Of a DNA stretch of 64,000 nt, positions 19,625-29,707 are shown piece by piece (the first letter of the stretch is position 1; every line of letters begins with the position of its first letter). The position numbers were made by a program, and so were the translations under genes. Source of the DNA: Nitrospinaceae bacterium (GTDB lineage Bacteria; Nitrospinota; Nitrospinia; Nitrospinales; VA-1); NCBI GenBank assembly GCA_023271875.1, contig JALPWY010000001.1, forward strand, positions 6,091 to 70,090, in the 5' to 3' direction. The notes below the pieces were generated by a model. The model was not told the DNA's origin, ran no database searches, and saw nothing but the letters and a program-made list of their open reading frames with translations.

Positions 19625-21340
19625 ATGACTAAATCTAAAATCAAAACAACATTTGAAGATGACTTCGATGAAGAAGAAAAACTTTCTTCTGAGGACCAGG
19701 TGGCTTGGGATGAAATGGAAAAATATTTTTCTGAGAGTCTGCACCAATTTAAAGAAGGCCAGATTATTCAAGGCACCGTAATAGAACTAGCCAAAGGTGT
19801 GGCGACAATTGACATTGGGTTTAAATCTGAAGGGGCCATCAATTTACACGAGTTCCCGAATAATGGTCAAGATATGTCTGTGGGGGACGAGGTAGAAGTT
19901 TTTCTAGAACGGTCAGAAGATAATGAAGGGAACGTTGTTCTATCCAAAGAGAAGGCAAACAAAATTAAATTATGGGACGAACTGGTCGCCAAACATGAAG
20001 CCGAAGAAATTATCGAGGGCACTATTATCGCGAAGGCAAAAGGTGGGCTGACTGTAGATATTGGTCTCAAAGCATTTCTTCCTGGTTCTCAAATTGACTT
20101 ACGTCCCATACGAAATCTGGAAAAATTGATTGGTGAAGTTTTCCAAATGCGCATTATTAAGATGAACAAAAAACGCGGCAATATTGTCCTATCCAGAAGA
20201 GCTTTACTCGAAGAGAAACGCCTGCATAGTCGCACTGAAACCCTACAACAATTAGAAGAAAATAGCCTTATTGCAGGTGTTGTCAAAAATATCACTGAAT
20301 ATGGCATTTTCGTCGATTTGGGTGGTATTGACGGATTACTCCATATCACAGACATGTCTTGGGGACGTGTTAACCACCCCTCCGAAATGTTTTCAATGGG
20401 CGATAAATTAGAGGTAATGGTACTCAAATTCGACAAAGAAAAAGAACGCGTTTCACTCGGACTGAAACAAATCACCCCAGACCCCTGGGTTAATGTAGAT
20501 GAAAAGTACCCCGTTAATAAACAGATAAAGGGGAAAATTGTTAGCATTACTGATTACGGTGTTTTTGTTGAATTAGAAAAAGGGATTGAAGGCCTAGTTC
20601 ATATATCTGAAATGAGTTGGAGTAGACATATCAAGCATCCAAGTAAAATAGTTTCTATTAGAGATGAGGTTAATGCTGTGGTTCTTACTCTCGACAAAGA
20701 AAAGAAACGTATTTCACTTGGGATGAAACAAATGGAATCTAATCCATGGGAGGATATTGAAGGGAAGTACCTTGTTGGTGCTGAAGTCACTGGCACAATT
20801 AGAAATTTGACTGATTTTGGTGCTTTTATTGAATTAGAAAATGGAGTGGATGGTCTTATACACATTTCAGATTTGAGCTGGAAAAAAATTAAACACCCAT
20901 CGGAAATCCTTAAGAAAAAAGATGAGGTTAAAACGATTGTACTTAACATTGATAAAAGCAATTGCCGCATTTCCCTTGGTGTTAAACAACTGCAGCCGGA
21001 TCCTTGGGATGATATTGCCAAAAATTATTCTGTCGGAATGAATATTGAAGGAACAATTATTAAAATAACCGGGTTTGGTGCGTTTGCTGAGTTTGGAGAC
21101 GGCCTAGAAGGTTTGATTCATATAACACAGCTGGATTCAAAAAATGTTTCTCAACCAGATAAAGCCCTTGAGGTTGGCCAAAAAATTCAGGCCAAAATCA
21201 TCAAGGTAGATGTGAGCAATAAAAAAATTGCTCTGAGTATCAAAGCTTATAAAGAAAATCTAAACTTGGAAGCTATCAAGCAAGAACAAAATCGCTTGGA
21301 AGCATTCAAGGAAGAAGAAAACGAACAAACAACTGATTAA
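19625..21340 (+). CDS. rpsA: 30S ribosomal protein S1
   Basis: 571 aa with six tandem S1 domains (repeated G.V..I...G.FV.L..GI.GL.HIS motifs). Conserved cmk-rpsA synteny. Confidence 0.95.
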   Translation: MTKSKIKTTFEDDFDEEEKLSSEDQVAWDEMEKYFSESLHQFKEGQIIQGTVIELAKGVATIDIGFKSEGAINLHEFPNNGQDMSVGDEVEVFLERSEDNEGNVVLSKEKANKIKLWDELVAKHEAEEIIEGTIIAKAKGGLTVDIGLKAFLPGSQIDLRPIRNLEKLIGEVFQMRIIKMNKKRGNIVLSRRALLEEKRLHSRTETLQQLEENSLIAGVVKNITEYGIFVDLGGIDGLLHITDMSWGRVNHPSEMFSMGDKLEVMVLKFDKEKERVSLGLKQITPDPWVNVDEKYPVNKQIKGKIVSITDYGVFVELEKGIEGLVHISEMSWSRHIKHPSKIVSIRDEVNAVVLTLDKEKKRISLGMKQMESNPWEDIEGKYLVGAEVTGTIRNLTDFGAFIELENGVDGLIHISDLSWKKIKHPSEILKKKDEVKTIVLNIDKSNCRISLGVKQLQPDPWDDIAKNYSVGMNIEGTIIKITGFGAFAEFGDGLEGLIHITQLDSKNVSQPDKALEVGQKIQAKIIKVDVSNKKIALSIKAYKENLNLEAIKQEQNRLEAFKEEENEQTTD

Positions 21341-21367
21341 CTTTAATAATGCAATTTTAGGATATTT

Positions 21368-22267
21368 GTGGAAATGGTAGATTCAGAGAGAAAAAAATCA
21401 CCTTTGGCTAAAAGATTGTTATTTCTCGCACTCATACTGCTCGCTCTTGTCGGTATTTCATCTATTACCTCAGAATGGGTGCAACAAGGAACCAAAAATA
21501 GGATTGGTATCGTTGATATAACTGGTCTCATTAGCGACTCCCAGTATATTGTCAATCAAGTTAAAAAATTTCGCCAAGATAAACGCATTCGGGGAATCAT
21601 CCTTAGGATCGATTCCCCGGGTGGCGCTGTCGGTCCATCTCAGGAGATTTACAATGAGGTTCTCAAAACCCGCGAGAGTGGTAAAACCATCTACGCTTCA
21701 ATGGGCGCACTAGCTGCATCGGGAGGCTATTATATCGCTAGTGCTGCCGAAAAAATTTTTGCAAATCCAGGAACCTTAACCGGTAGCATTGGCGTAATCA
21801 TGGTATTCTCTAACGCTAAAGGATTAATGGAAAAAATCGGCCTTCAACCTGAAATTGTTAAAGCAGGCGAATACAAAGATATAGGCTCTCCCGCTCGTGC
21901 CATGAGTGAAAAGGAAAGGAATCTCCTCCAAAGCGTGGTGACTGATGTACATCAACAATTCATAGAAGCGGTCGCTAGTGGACGCGATATTAGTGTTGAG
22001 AAAGTCACCAAAATAGCCGATGGAAGAATTTTAACTGGGCGCCAAGCATATTCTCTTAACTTGGTAGACCAAATGGGTGGACTTCAAGTTAGCATTGATC
22101 AAATTGCACATAAAGTTGGGATTATAGGGGCCCCAAAAATTATTAAAGAAACACCGCGTGTTGGATTCTTAGACTGGGTTCTCAAGTCTACAGTAAATCA
22201 ATCACTTATAAATCGATCTTCAATCCCATCCCTGCAATATACATGGCATTTCAATAGCTTACACTAA
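21368..22267 (+). CDS. sppA: signal peptide peptidase SppA (36K type)
   Basis: N-terminal TM helix. RIDSPGGAV and the serine-nucleophile context LAASGGYYIASAA. Confidence 0.85.
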   Translation: MEMVDSERKKSPLAKRLLFLALILLALVGISSITSEWVQQGTKNRIGIVDITGLISDSQYIVNQVKKFRQDKRIRGIILRIDSPGGAVGPSQEIYNEVLKTRESGKTIYASMGALAASGGYYIASAAEKIFANPGTLTGSIGVIMVFSNAKGLMEKIGLQPEIVKAGEYKDIGSPARAMSEKERNLLQSVVTDVHQQFIEAVASGRDISVEKVTKIADGRILTGRQAYSLNLVDQMGGLQVSIDQIAHKVGIIGAPKIIKETPRVGFLDWVLKSTVNQSLINRSSIPSLQYTWHFNSLH

Positions 22268-22361
22268 TTCTTACCATTCTATCTCGTCTAAAACTCTTAC
22301 AACCAACATGAACTCTAAGCCCAATGTGGCCCGCTCCCTTAAAGTCATTTAAAATAATGGG

Positions 22362-22389
22362 TTGACTTACTTCTCATCTATGATAAAAT
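22362..22389 (+). promoter_or_regulatory. candidate sigma70 promoter of ihfB (TTGACT-N16-TAAAAT with TG extended -10)
   Basis: -35 TTGACT at 22362-22367. TGa-TAAAAT at 22381-22389. About 60 nt upstream of ATG 22450. Confidence 0.45.
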
Positions 22390-22449
22390 CGCTGAAAAAA
22401 ATGCTATCATTTCATCATTTCATCACTTTATTTTCCGGGGGAATTGAGA

Positions 22450-22731
22450 ATGACAAAGGCAGAATTAGTCGAAAAGGTTTCCACTCAGATTAATTTGACT
22501 AAGAAACAAACTGAAGTTGTTGTAAATACTGTCTTTCAAAGCATCACGGATTCCCTTAGTAACGGAAAGAAGGTGGAACTCCGCGGTTTTGGTAGTTTTA
22601 GAATTCGTGAGAGAAATGCACGTATTGGAAGAAACCCAAAATCTGGTGTTCAGGTAGATGTGCCTGCCAAAAGGGTCCCATTTTTCAAGGCTGGGAAAGA
22701 GTTGCGAGAATTGGTAGATAAAAACACTTGA
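22450..22731 (+). CDS. ihfB: integration host factor beta subunit / HU-family DNA-binding protein
   Basis: MTKAELVEKV...ELRGFGSFRIRERNARIGRNPKSG..V.VPAKRVPFFKAGKELR. Position downstream of rpsA as in proteobacteria. ATG at 22450 is preceded by GGGGGA. Confidence 0.85.
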   Translation: MTKAELVEKVSTQINLTKKQTEVVVNTVFQSITDSLSNGKKVELRGFGSFRIRERNARIGRNPKSGVQVDVPAKRVPFFKAGKELRELVDKNT

Positions 22732-23072
22732 TTCCCCCATAATGTAAGTGTTAATAAAGGCTAGCCCCCTCTCAAAAAATCCTCACATATCCCCCCTTTG
22801 GATCATTATTCAATATTAAGGGAGAACGTGGATCGATTTCTTCTCAGAACCTTGTTGGCGCGATGTGTCATTTAGTTGAATTATTTTTTCTATACCACCT
22901 AAAGTTTTATAGTGGTTCATCGACAACTTTAAAAAATTGTTATCGACTTCGGTCAGACTACCCCTATTTTATTTTATTTTTAACTCGTTATTATATCTAA
23001 AAGTTCTTTTCCTTTTTGCTTGTAACATTGTACAAAATAAAATTCCCCCTAATTTAAAGAAAGTAAATTGGC

Positions 23073-24143
23073 ATGTCTGGAAATTCATACGGAACTCTTT
23101 TTAAAATTTCCACATGGGGTGAATCGCACGGCGAGGGTGTTGGTGTAGTAGTTGATGGCTGTCCTGCAGGACTTTCTCTAAAAGAAGCCGACATCCAAAA
23201 GGAACTTGACCGCAGAAAGACAGGTCAAAGTAAAGTAACCACAACGCGAAAAGAAACTGACCTCATACATATTCTTTCCGGTATCTTCAAGGGCAAAACA
23301 ACAGGAACTCCCATCGCGTTGTGGGTTAAAAATCAGGATGCTGATTCTTCGAAATATGAAGAAATTAAGAATATGTTTCGACCTGGCCACGCGGACTTTA
23401 CTTATTTAATGAAATATGGGTTTCGTGATTATCGTGGTGGCGGGCGCTCCAGTGCACGTGAAACCGTAGGTCGGGTTGCCGCTGGGGCAATTGCAAAAAA
23501 GCTCCTTGCGCGCAAACGAATAAAAATAATTGGCTACACCAAACAGATTGGCCCCTACATTGCCCAGAAGATAGATTTTAAGCAAATAGAAAAAAATATC
23601 GTGCGGTGTCCGGACAAAAAAATGGCCCAAAAGATGGTTGATCACGTACTCGATGCCCGGAAAAAAGGCGACTCTGTTGGAGGGGTGGTGGAACTTATAG
23701 TAAAAGGTGTACCAGCAGGATTAGGGGAACCAGTATTTGACAGGTTGGATGCCGACCTCGCTAAAGCCATGATGAGTATTCCTGCAGTAAAAGGAATTGA
23801 AGTCGGCGTTGGTTTCGACGCTGCAACAATGTACGGTTCGGAATGTAACGACCACTATACAGCTAAAAGAAAAAGAATAACTACCAAAACGAACCACGCA
23901 GGTGGAATTCACGGCGGAATTTCTAACGGATCAGACATTATTCTTCGATTGGTCGTAAAACCAACCTCTTCTATTAACAAAACACAAAATACTGTAACAA
24001 CCGATGGGGAAAAAACTAAGATCCGAGTCGAGGGACGCCACGACCCATGTGTTTCGCCACGTGCTGTCCCCATCGCTGAAGCTATGGTAGCATTGACTTT
24101 AGTCGACCATTTGATGCGAAATCAGTTTTCCAAGCTTAAATAA
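23073..24143 (+). CDS. aroC: chorismate synthase
   Basis: WGESHGEGVGVVVDGCPAG, RPGHADFTY, GGGRSSARET, RHDPCV. Confidence 0.95.
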   Translation: MSGNSYGTLFKISTWGESHGEGVGVVVDGCPAGLSLKEADIQKELDRRKTGQSKVTTTRKETDLIHILSGIFKGKTTGTPIALWVKNQDADSSKYEEIKNMFRPGHADFTYLMKYGFRDYRGGGRSSARETVGRVAAGAIAKKLLARKRIKIIGYTKQIGPYIAQKIDFKQIEKNIVRCPDKKMAQKMVDHVLDARKKGDSVGGVVELIVKGVPAGLGEPVFDRLDADLAKAMMSIPAVKGIEVGVGFDAATMYGSECNDHYTAKRKRITTKTNHAGGIHGGISNGSDIILRLVVKPTSSINKTQNTVTTDGEKTKIRVEGRHDPCVSPRAVPIAEAMVALTLVDHLMRNQFSKLK

Positions 24144-24207
24144 TTCTTTTTCCTGAAAATAAACCAAGACAGCCTAACCTTTTCCAATAAGAAAGAGTAT
24201 TTGTGTA

Positions 24208-24999
24208 ATGCGAGTTGGCTTTATACAGAATAACCCTGTATTCGGCGAAATTGGATACAACTTATCAAAAATTGAACCTTCACTATCTCAATATACTGTT
24301 GATTTAATGGTCTTGCCGGAACTATTCAGTACTGGCTACCATTTCCTGAATCAAAAAGAAGCATTGAGGTTCAGCGAACCTATCCCCGAAGGACAGACAA
24401 CTCAAACACTTATCCGTATTTGTAACAAAAATCACACTTCAATTATTGCAGGAATAGCAGAACAAGATGAAAACCGATCCTATAATTCAGCAGTGGTAAT
24501 TGGGCCAAATGGCTACCTAGGAAAATACAGAAAAATTCACCTTTTTGGCACCGAAAAAAATTGCTTCGACCCAGGTAACTCACCTTTAAAAGTTTTTGAT
24601 ATAGGCTCAGCTCGCGTTGGTGTTATGATTTGTTTTGACTGGCGTTTCCCAGAAACCGCCCGCACCCTTGCTTTAAGTGGAGCCGACCTAATTGCGCATC
24701 CATCAAACCTCGTTCTTCCAAACTGCCCCCAAGCAATAATTACCCGTTGTTTGGAAAACCGTATTTTTATAGTTACTGCCAATAGGGTCGGCACCGAGAA
24801 ACGCACCCCAAGCAATTCACTTAATTTTATCGGGCAAAGCCAAGTAGTTGACCCTGATGGTGATATTCTTTACAGAGCATCTGAAACAAAAGAAGAAATA
24901 AAAATTATTGAGATTGACATTGGAAAATCGCGTAACAAATCTATTAATTCTGGAGATAATTTATTCACAGATCGGCGCCCCGATCTTTACAGGCTTTAA
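24208..24999 (+). CDS. carbon-nitrogen hydrolase (nitrilase superfamily)
   Basis: Catalytic triad contexts LPELF (Glu), YRKIHLF (Lys), VMICFDWRFPE (Cys). Confidence 0.85.
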   Translation: MRVGFIQNNPVFGEIGYNLSKIEPSLSQYTVDLMVLPELFSTGYHFLNQKEALRFSEPIPEGQTTQTLIRICNKNHTSIIAGIAEQDENRSYNSAVVIGPNGYLGKYRKIHLFGTEKNCFDPGNSPLKVFDIGSARVGVMICFDWRFPETARTLALSGADLIAHPSNLVLPNCPQAIITRCLENRIFIVTANRVGTEKRTPSNSLNFIGQSQVVDPDGDILYRASETKEEIKIIEIDIGKSRNKSINSGDNLFTDRRPDLYRL

Positions 25000-25059
25000 T
25001 AAATTCTGTTATTCTAAATAATAAATAAACTCAACAAAGAATAGAGGCCCTCTATACTT

Positions 25060-25485
25060 ATGGAAAAAGAAAAGTCTAGATTTTTAAAAAATGCGGACGG
25101 AACTATATATGACTCTCAAACTAGCCTTACATGGATGACAAATGATTCTAGAATAGACCTCAAAAAAGATGTTTCTTGGGATGAAACAGAAGGATACATC
25201 AAAGAAATGAATGGGAAATCATTTGGAGGACACAGTGATTGGAGGATACCTTCAGGACAAGAAGCTCTATCACTTTTCGACAAAAATAAGCTTAATAAAG
25301 ATTTTAAAGGAGGAGACATCCACTTAGATTCTGTTTTTTCGCCTGGGGCAGGAAATACCACATGGACTTCTGAAACGAGGGGTCGTGAAGCTCAAATTAT
25401 TTTTTATATCAATGGACTCCCTTATTGGTACGAAAAAGATGACAAAACTCTTTCTCACTCTGTTCGACTTATACGGCGTGACTAA
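25060..25485 (+). CDS. DUF1566 (Lcl C-terminal domain-like) protein
   Basis: SLTWMTND...VSWDETEGYI...GGHSDWRIPSGQEALSLF matches the DUF1566 signature (W-rich, DWRLP...EL..L). No signal peptide. Confidence 0.6.
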   Translation: MEKEKSRFLKNADGTIYDSQTSLTWMTNDSRIDLKKDVSWDETEGYIKEMNGKSFGGHSDWRIPSGQEALSLFDKNKLNKDFKGGDIHLDSVFSPGAGNTTWTSETRGREAQIIFYINGLPYWYEKDDKTLSHSVRLIRRD

Positions 25486-26036
25486 GGATTCTCTATGAGT
25501 TTCGGATTATCCAACAAAAGACCAAATGCCTTTACCTTTTTTTGCTGCATCGTGAGTTGACGGTAAGCTGCTTGAAATTTTTGGGTGTCTAGTGAAGTAT
25601 CCATGAGTTTCGTGAGTTGGTCTTTAGTGACGGGCCGAAAAGAGCTCTCTGCAAATAGCGACGTACCTACTCCTATCCAGTTGGAAGAAAAAAAACCTTG
25701 GTGCACTAATGAGCTAACTCCGCCTGAATATTCTATAGCCATTCGAAGTATATGGCGGCCAATATAAGCGGGAACACAACTACCGATAGCCACGATCTTT
25801 GATGGGTTTTTTGTTGGGTAGACCCATAAGGTTACTCGTGTATTTCCCATTGCAGAAAATTCATTGCGTATTTGCCGTAAGCTTTTTTCATATTGCTTGG
25901 ACATCCAAGCCTCAACCTTAACAGACTTTTCCTCTACAGGAGAACAATCTGGGTTCATGGCTGTGCTAGTTGAGACCCATAAAAACAGAGCAAAAAAAAC
26001 GGACACAAAAAATATTAGAAGCCAACGACTAACCAT
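25482..26036 (-). CDS. secreted protein of unknown family (paralog A)
   Basis: Signal peptide. Aligns end to end with the neighbour 26072..26641 (shared MGNTR, CVPAYI.RH, GGV.SLV.Q.F, WIG.GT, C-terminal NP). Confidence 0.6.
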   Translation of the reverse strand: MVSRWLLIFFVSVFFALFLWVSTSTAMNPDCSPVEEKSVKVEAWMSKQYEKSLRQIRNEFSAMGNTRVTLWVYPTKNPSKIVAIGSCVPAYIGRHILRMAIEYSGGVSSLVHQGFFSSNWIGVGTSLFAESSFRPVTKDQLTKLMDTSLDTQKFQAAYRQLTMQQKKVKAFGLLLDNPKLIENP

Positions 26037-26071
26037 AATGCCAGAAAGATTATTTTAGGAAACACTCTTTG

Positions 26072-26641
26072 TTAAGGATTCAAGAGAGTATTATTTGTGT
26101 TACCAGGAATTTTTGCGTTAGGAACCTTAAGTCCAAAAAAAGGGACAAGTTCATTTTGTTTTGAAAGTTTTTGGTAAAGTGTATGAAATTCTTTATCATC
26201 AAGATCTGGATTGAGCAATTGATTTACCTGAGCGGTTGTTACCTTCCGCTGAGAAGGCTCATCAAACATAGTAGTGCCTATTCCTATCCAGTGGCTATGA
26301 ATAAAATTCTGAGTCACTAAACTCCCCACTCCACCAGTGTATTTTATCGCTGTTGTCAAAACATGCCGAGCAATATATGCAGGTACGCAACGACCCACTG
26401 CAACAACATCCGAACTTTTTCCCATAGGGAAAGCCCTAAGCGCTGTACGCGTGTTCCCCATTTCAGTAAACTCTTTAGCTATTTTTCTTCTCTCTTTCCG
26501 GAATTTCTTCGAAATATAGCCTTCCACTTTAATTTTTTTCTTTTCAACTATTTGGCATGGAGTTTCCGCCTGAGTAGCCATCGGCTTAAGAACAAACAAA
26601 AACACGCCCAAAACCACGTAAATTATTAGACTTTTAAACAT
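26072..26641 (-). CDS. secreted protein of unknown family (paralog B)
   Basis: Signal peptide ...MATQAETP. Same conserved blocks as paralog A. Confidence 0.6.
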   Translation of the reverse strand: MFKSLIIYVVLGVFLFVLKPMATQAETPCQIVEKKKIKVEGYISKKFRKERRKIAKEFTEMGNTRTALRAFPMGKSSDVVAVGRCVPAYIARHVLTTAIKYTGGVGSLVTQNFIHSHWIGIGTTMFDEPSQRKVTTAQVNQLLNPDLDDKEFHTLYQKLSKQNELVPFFGLKVPNAKIPGNTNNTLLNP

Positions 26642-26787
26642 GCCAATTCCTTGGGAAAACTAACAAAAACGAACAATCAAAGTTGATTTTTCTAAAAAAT
26701 CATACAATTGACTACTAAATCTAAAGCAAATACACTATTGGGGTATCAACCAGAAATAAATAATATTCTGGGTGTGTGTTTATAATT

Positions 26788-27027
26788 TTATTCTTTTATA
26801 GAGGAATATTCATCAGCGCATTTTTTACTGCAAAAGAAATATTCCTTGCCCTGCACTGATTTAGTAATAGACTGTTTTTTAGGCACATATGTGCCACAAT
26901 TAGGATCCTGAGCCATGTCAGCGGTCTCTGTTGGATCGTCCCGGCTAGGGCTCGCCCCACCGAACAACGATCGGTATAACATTATGAATCCGGCTACAAG
27001 CGCTAGTATAATGATTAGTCTAGCCAT
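26788..27027 (-). CDS. membrane-anchored YHS/TRASH-type metal-binding domain protein
   Basis: N-terminal TM helix LIIILALVAGFIMLY. C-terminal DPNCGTYVP...GKEYFFCSKKCADEY is YHS-domain-like. Confidence 0.65.
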   Translation of the reverse strand: MARLIIILALVAGFIMLYRSLFGGASPSRDDPTETADMAQDPNCGTYVPKKQSITKSVQGKEYFFCSKKCADEYSSIKE

Positions 27028-27113
27028 TAGTTCATTCTAAATTTGAACAATATATAATTCAAGAACTATATAAGGTTAGGTTTTTAAAAAATCACAAGTT
27101 TTTTATTTTAATT

Positions 27114-28097
27114 ATGAATGACAATTCGACAGAGAAAGATACTTCTAAAATAGAAGTAGAAATAGTTGACCCCGATGAGATAAAACCGCTTGAGCCAAAG
27201 GAGCTCGACCAAGAACCCTCATCCTTACTACCAGCGGTAACTCAAGATGCTAGTATTGCCCGAATTGACCCTCTGACGGCATATCTTAATGAAATTCGGC
27301 AGTATGAAAATTTAACCGAAAAAGAAGAGCATGAATTGGCAATTCAACTGCGGGAAACAAGTGATTCTAATGCCGCTTATAGGCTCACTACCTCACACCT
27401 TATGCTCGTAGTTCGTATTGCAATGACCTTTCGTAGGCAGTGGCAAAACATGATGGATCTTATCCAAGAAGGTAATGTCGGCCTTTTAAAAGCAGTGAAG
27501 AATTTTGACCCTTTTCGCGGTGTGCGGTTATCTTCTTATGCTACTTGGTGGATTAGGTCTTATATTCTTAAATATATGCTGGATAATTGGCGGCTTGTGC
27601 GTGTTGGCACAACTAACGCACGGCGAAAATTGCTCTACAATTTACGCAAAGAAAAGGAAAAACTTGAAAGCCAAGGCTTCACACCCACACCAAAACTTTT
27701 GGCTGAGCACTTTGGTGTTAATGAATCTGATATAATCGATGTCCAAGCCAGCTTAGGAGCTGCAGACGTTTCGGTTGACACCCCTATGCGCGAGGGTGAT
27801 GAATCCACACCCGCAATGTTTCTCTCTGACAATACCACCGCATCACCAGAAGAAAATGCTGAACGGAATCAATTCCTCCGATCCCTTAAACAAGAAATTG
27901 ATGGCTTTAGAAAAGGACTCAAACCTGTCGAACAAAAAATTTTATCGGAACGCATTCTTAGCGAAACCCCGCGCTCCCTTCAAGAAATCGCTGATGATCA
28001 GAACATAACTCGCGAAGCCATTCGTCAAACAGAGCAGCGTATTTTAAAAAAATTTAAAACCTACGTTTCTAAAAATATGCCTGATTTTTCCACATAA
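27114..28097 (+). CDS. rpoH: RNA polymerase sigma-32 (heat-shock sigma factor) with an acidic N-terminal extension
   Basis: Region 2 DLIQEGNVGLLKAVKNFDP...YATWWIR. RpoH-box-like ARRKLLYNLRKEK. Region 4 SLQEIADDQNITREAIRQTEQRILKK. Confidence 0.85.
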   Translation: MNDNSTEKDTSKIEVEIVDPDEIKPLEPKELDQEPSSLLPAVTQDASIARIDPLTAYLNEIRQYENLTEKEEHELAIQLRETSDSNAAYRLTTSHLMLVVRIAMTFRRQWQNMMDLIQEGNVGLLKAVKNFDPFRGVRLSSYATWWIRSYILKYMLDNWRLVRVGTTNARRKLLYNLRKEKEKLESQGFTPTPKLLAEHFGVNESDIIDVQASLGAADVSVDTPMREGDESTPAMFLSDNTTASPEENAERNQFLRSLKQEIDGFRKGLKPVEQKILSERILSETPRSLQEIADDQNITREAIRQTEQRILKKFKTYVSKNMPDFST

Positions 28098-28206
28098 ATC
28101 GATCTAACGATATAAAGAGTACCCCTTAACAACTGCTTTCGCAGTACGACCTGCATCAATAAGTTAAGATTATTTTTTTCTAAAAGCCACACCTCTCAGG
28201 ACTTTA

Positions 28207-28215
28207 TGATAAAAT
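28207..28215 (+). promoter_or_regulatory. candidate extended -10 element (TGATAAAAT) upstream of fumC
   Basis: Same TATGATAAAAT string as upstream of ihfB. About 75 nt upstream of the fumC start. No convincing -35. Confidence 0.3.
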
Positions 28216-28288
28216 CCATTTAATCATTCCAGGCGAAATATTTCATAGAAAATACAAACTAGTTTACATTTTTTAGGAGGACTCTTTG

Positions 28289-29674
28289 ATGATGCGGATC
28301 GAAACTGACAGCATGGGTAAAATTGAAGTTCCTTCGGACCGCTATTATGGAGCCCAAACCGCTAGGTCGCTCATCCACTTTGACATAGGAACGGAAACCA
28401 TGCCTCGAGAAATTATACGCGGCATGGGCATTCTAAAAAAAGCTTCAGCACTTGTTAATTCAGAATTAGGCCTTTTACCAAAAGATAAAAAAGATCTTAT
28501 CATCCAATCCGCTAATGAAGTGATCGCTGGAACTCTGGATGATCATTTCCCTCTCCGCGTGTGGCAAACAGGAAGTGGGACTCAATCTAACATGAATACT
28601 AATGAGGTCATCGCTAATCGAGCTATCGAGATTGCAGGAGGGCAGCTGGGATCAAAGGATCCTATCCACCCAAATGATCATGTCAATATGGGACAATCTT
28701 CTAATGATACGTTTCCCACCGCCATGCATATTGCCGCAGTCGAAAGAATTTACGATCACCTACTGCCGGAACTTACGCGACTGCATGACTCAATTAAAAA
28801 AAAATGTTCCGAATTTCAAGGCATTATTAAAATTGGGCGAACTCATTTAATGGACGCAACGCCTCTTACTCTTGAGCAAGAATTCAGTGGATATGTGCAA
28901 CAATTAATTAATGGGATCGAAAGAGTAAAGAGTTGCCTTCCTAGACTCAGTCAAATAGCACTTGGTGGTACAGCGGTAGGAACCGGGCTCAACTCACACC
29001 GTGATTTTGCGGTGAACGTAGCAGAAAAAATCAGTTCGCTCACAAAACGAGATTTCATAACAGCCCCCAATAAGTTTGAATCGCTCGCATCACATGATGC
29101 TGTGGTCGAGGCTAGTGGAGTTATGAAAACACTTGCCTGCTCTCTCATGAAAATCGCTAACGATATAAGGTGGCTTGGATCTGGACCTCGATGCAGCATA
29201 GGCGAGTTAACCCTACCAGCGAACGAACCGGGAAGTTCAATTATGCCAGGCAAGGTTAACCCTACGCAATCTGAAGCAATGACGATGGTTGCAGCTCAGG
29301 TAATTGGTAATGACACTGCAATCGCTGTTGGCGGTTCTTCAGGTAATTTTGAACTTAATGTATTTAAACCAGTTATGATTTACAATTTACTTCAATCTAT
29401 TCAACTCCTCGGCGACTCATGTCGTTCTTTTAATGAACATTGCATTTCAGGAATCAAACCTAACAAATCTCAGATTGACGCCCACTTAAAAAACTCTCTC
29501 ATGCTCGTAACGGCACTCAATCCTCATATTGGATATGATAATGCTGCTAAAGTCGCTAAAAAAGCGTACGAAGAAACCACCACTCTGAAAGAAGCGGCTG
29601 TTTCCCTTAAGTTACTTACTGCTGAGGAGTTTGACGATAAGGTTCGTCCTGAAGAGATGACGGGCCCTAAATAG
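28289..29674 (+). CDS. fumC: class II fumarate hydratase
   Basis: Signature [17 protein letters not shown]-terminus [32 protein letters not shown] 8 nt upstream of ATG 28289. Confidence 0.95.
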   Translation: MMRIETDSMGKIEVPSDRYYGAQTARSLIHFDIGTETMPREIIRGMGILKKASALVNSELGLLPKDKKDLIIQSANEVIAGTLDDHFPLRVWQTGSGTQSNMNTNEVIANRAIEIAGGQLGSKDPIHPNDHVNMGQSSNDTFPTAMHIAAVERIYDHLLPELTRLHDSIKKKCSEFQGIIKIGRTHLMDATPLTLEQEFSGYVQQLINGIERVKSCLPRLSQIALGGTAVGTGLNSHRDFAVNVAEKISSLTKRDFITAPNKFESLASHDAVVEASGVMKTLACSLMKIANDIRWLGSGPRCSIGELTLPANEPGSSIMPGKVNPTQSEAMTMVAAQVIGNDTAIAVGGSSGNFELNVFKPVMIYNLLQSIQLLGDSCRSFNEHCISGIKPNKSQIDAHLKNSLMLVTALNPHIGYDNAAKVAKKAYEETTTLKEAAVSLKLLTAEEFDDKVRPEEMTGPK

Positions 29675-29707
29675 CCATCCAAAATTCGGAGCTCAACTAA
29701 CTTACGA

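Noticed and set aside
19867-21021. Three long antisense ORFs (67, 152, 140 aa) inside rpsA
   Set aside because: They lie entirely within and opposite to a confidently identified S1 gene. Their S/R/L-rich composition is typical of shadow frames, and they have no SD or family motifs. The same reasoning applies to the other antisense or overlapping track ORFs within mdh, mpa, smc, glnD, the RND exporter, the aminotransferase and others.
22732-23072. Small ORFs in the ihfB-aroC gap (15-aa plus-strand GTG ORF after AAGGGAG; 34-aa minus-strand ORF MNHYKTLGG...)
   Set aside because: They are too short and unsupported. The SD spacing is suboptimal or absent, and there is no motif. The region is noted only as a 340-nt non-coding gap.
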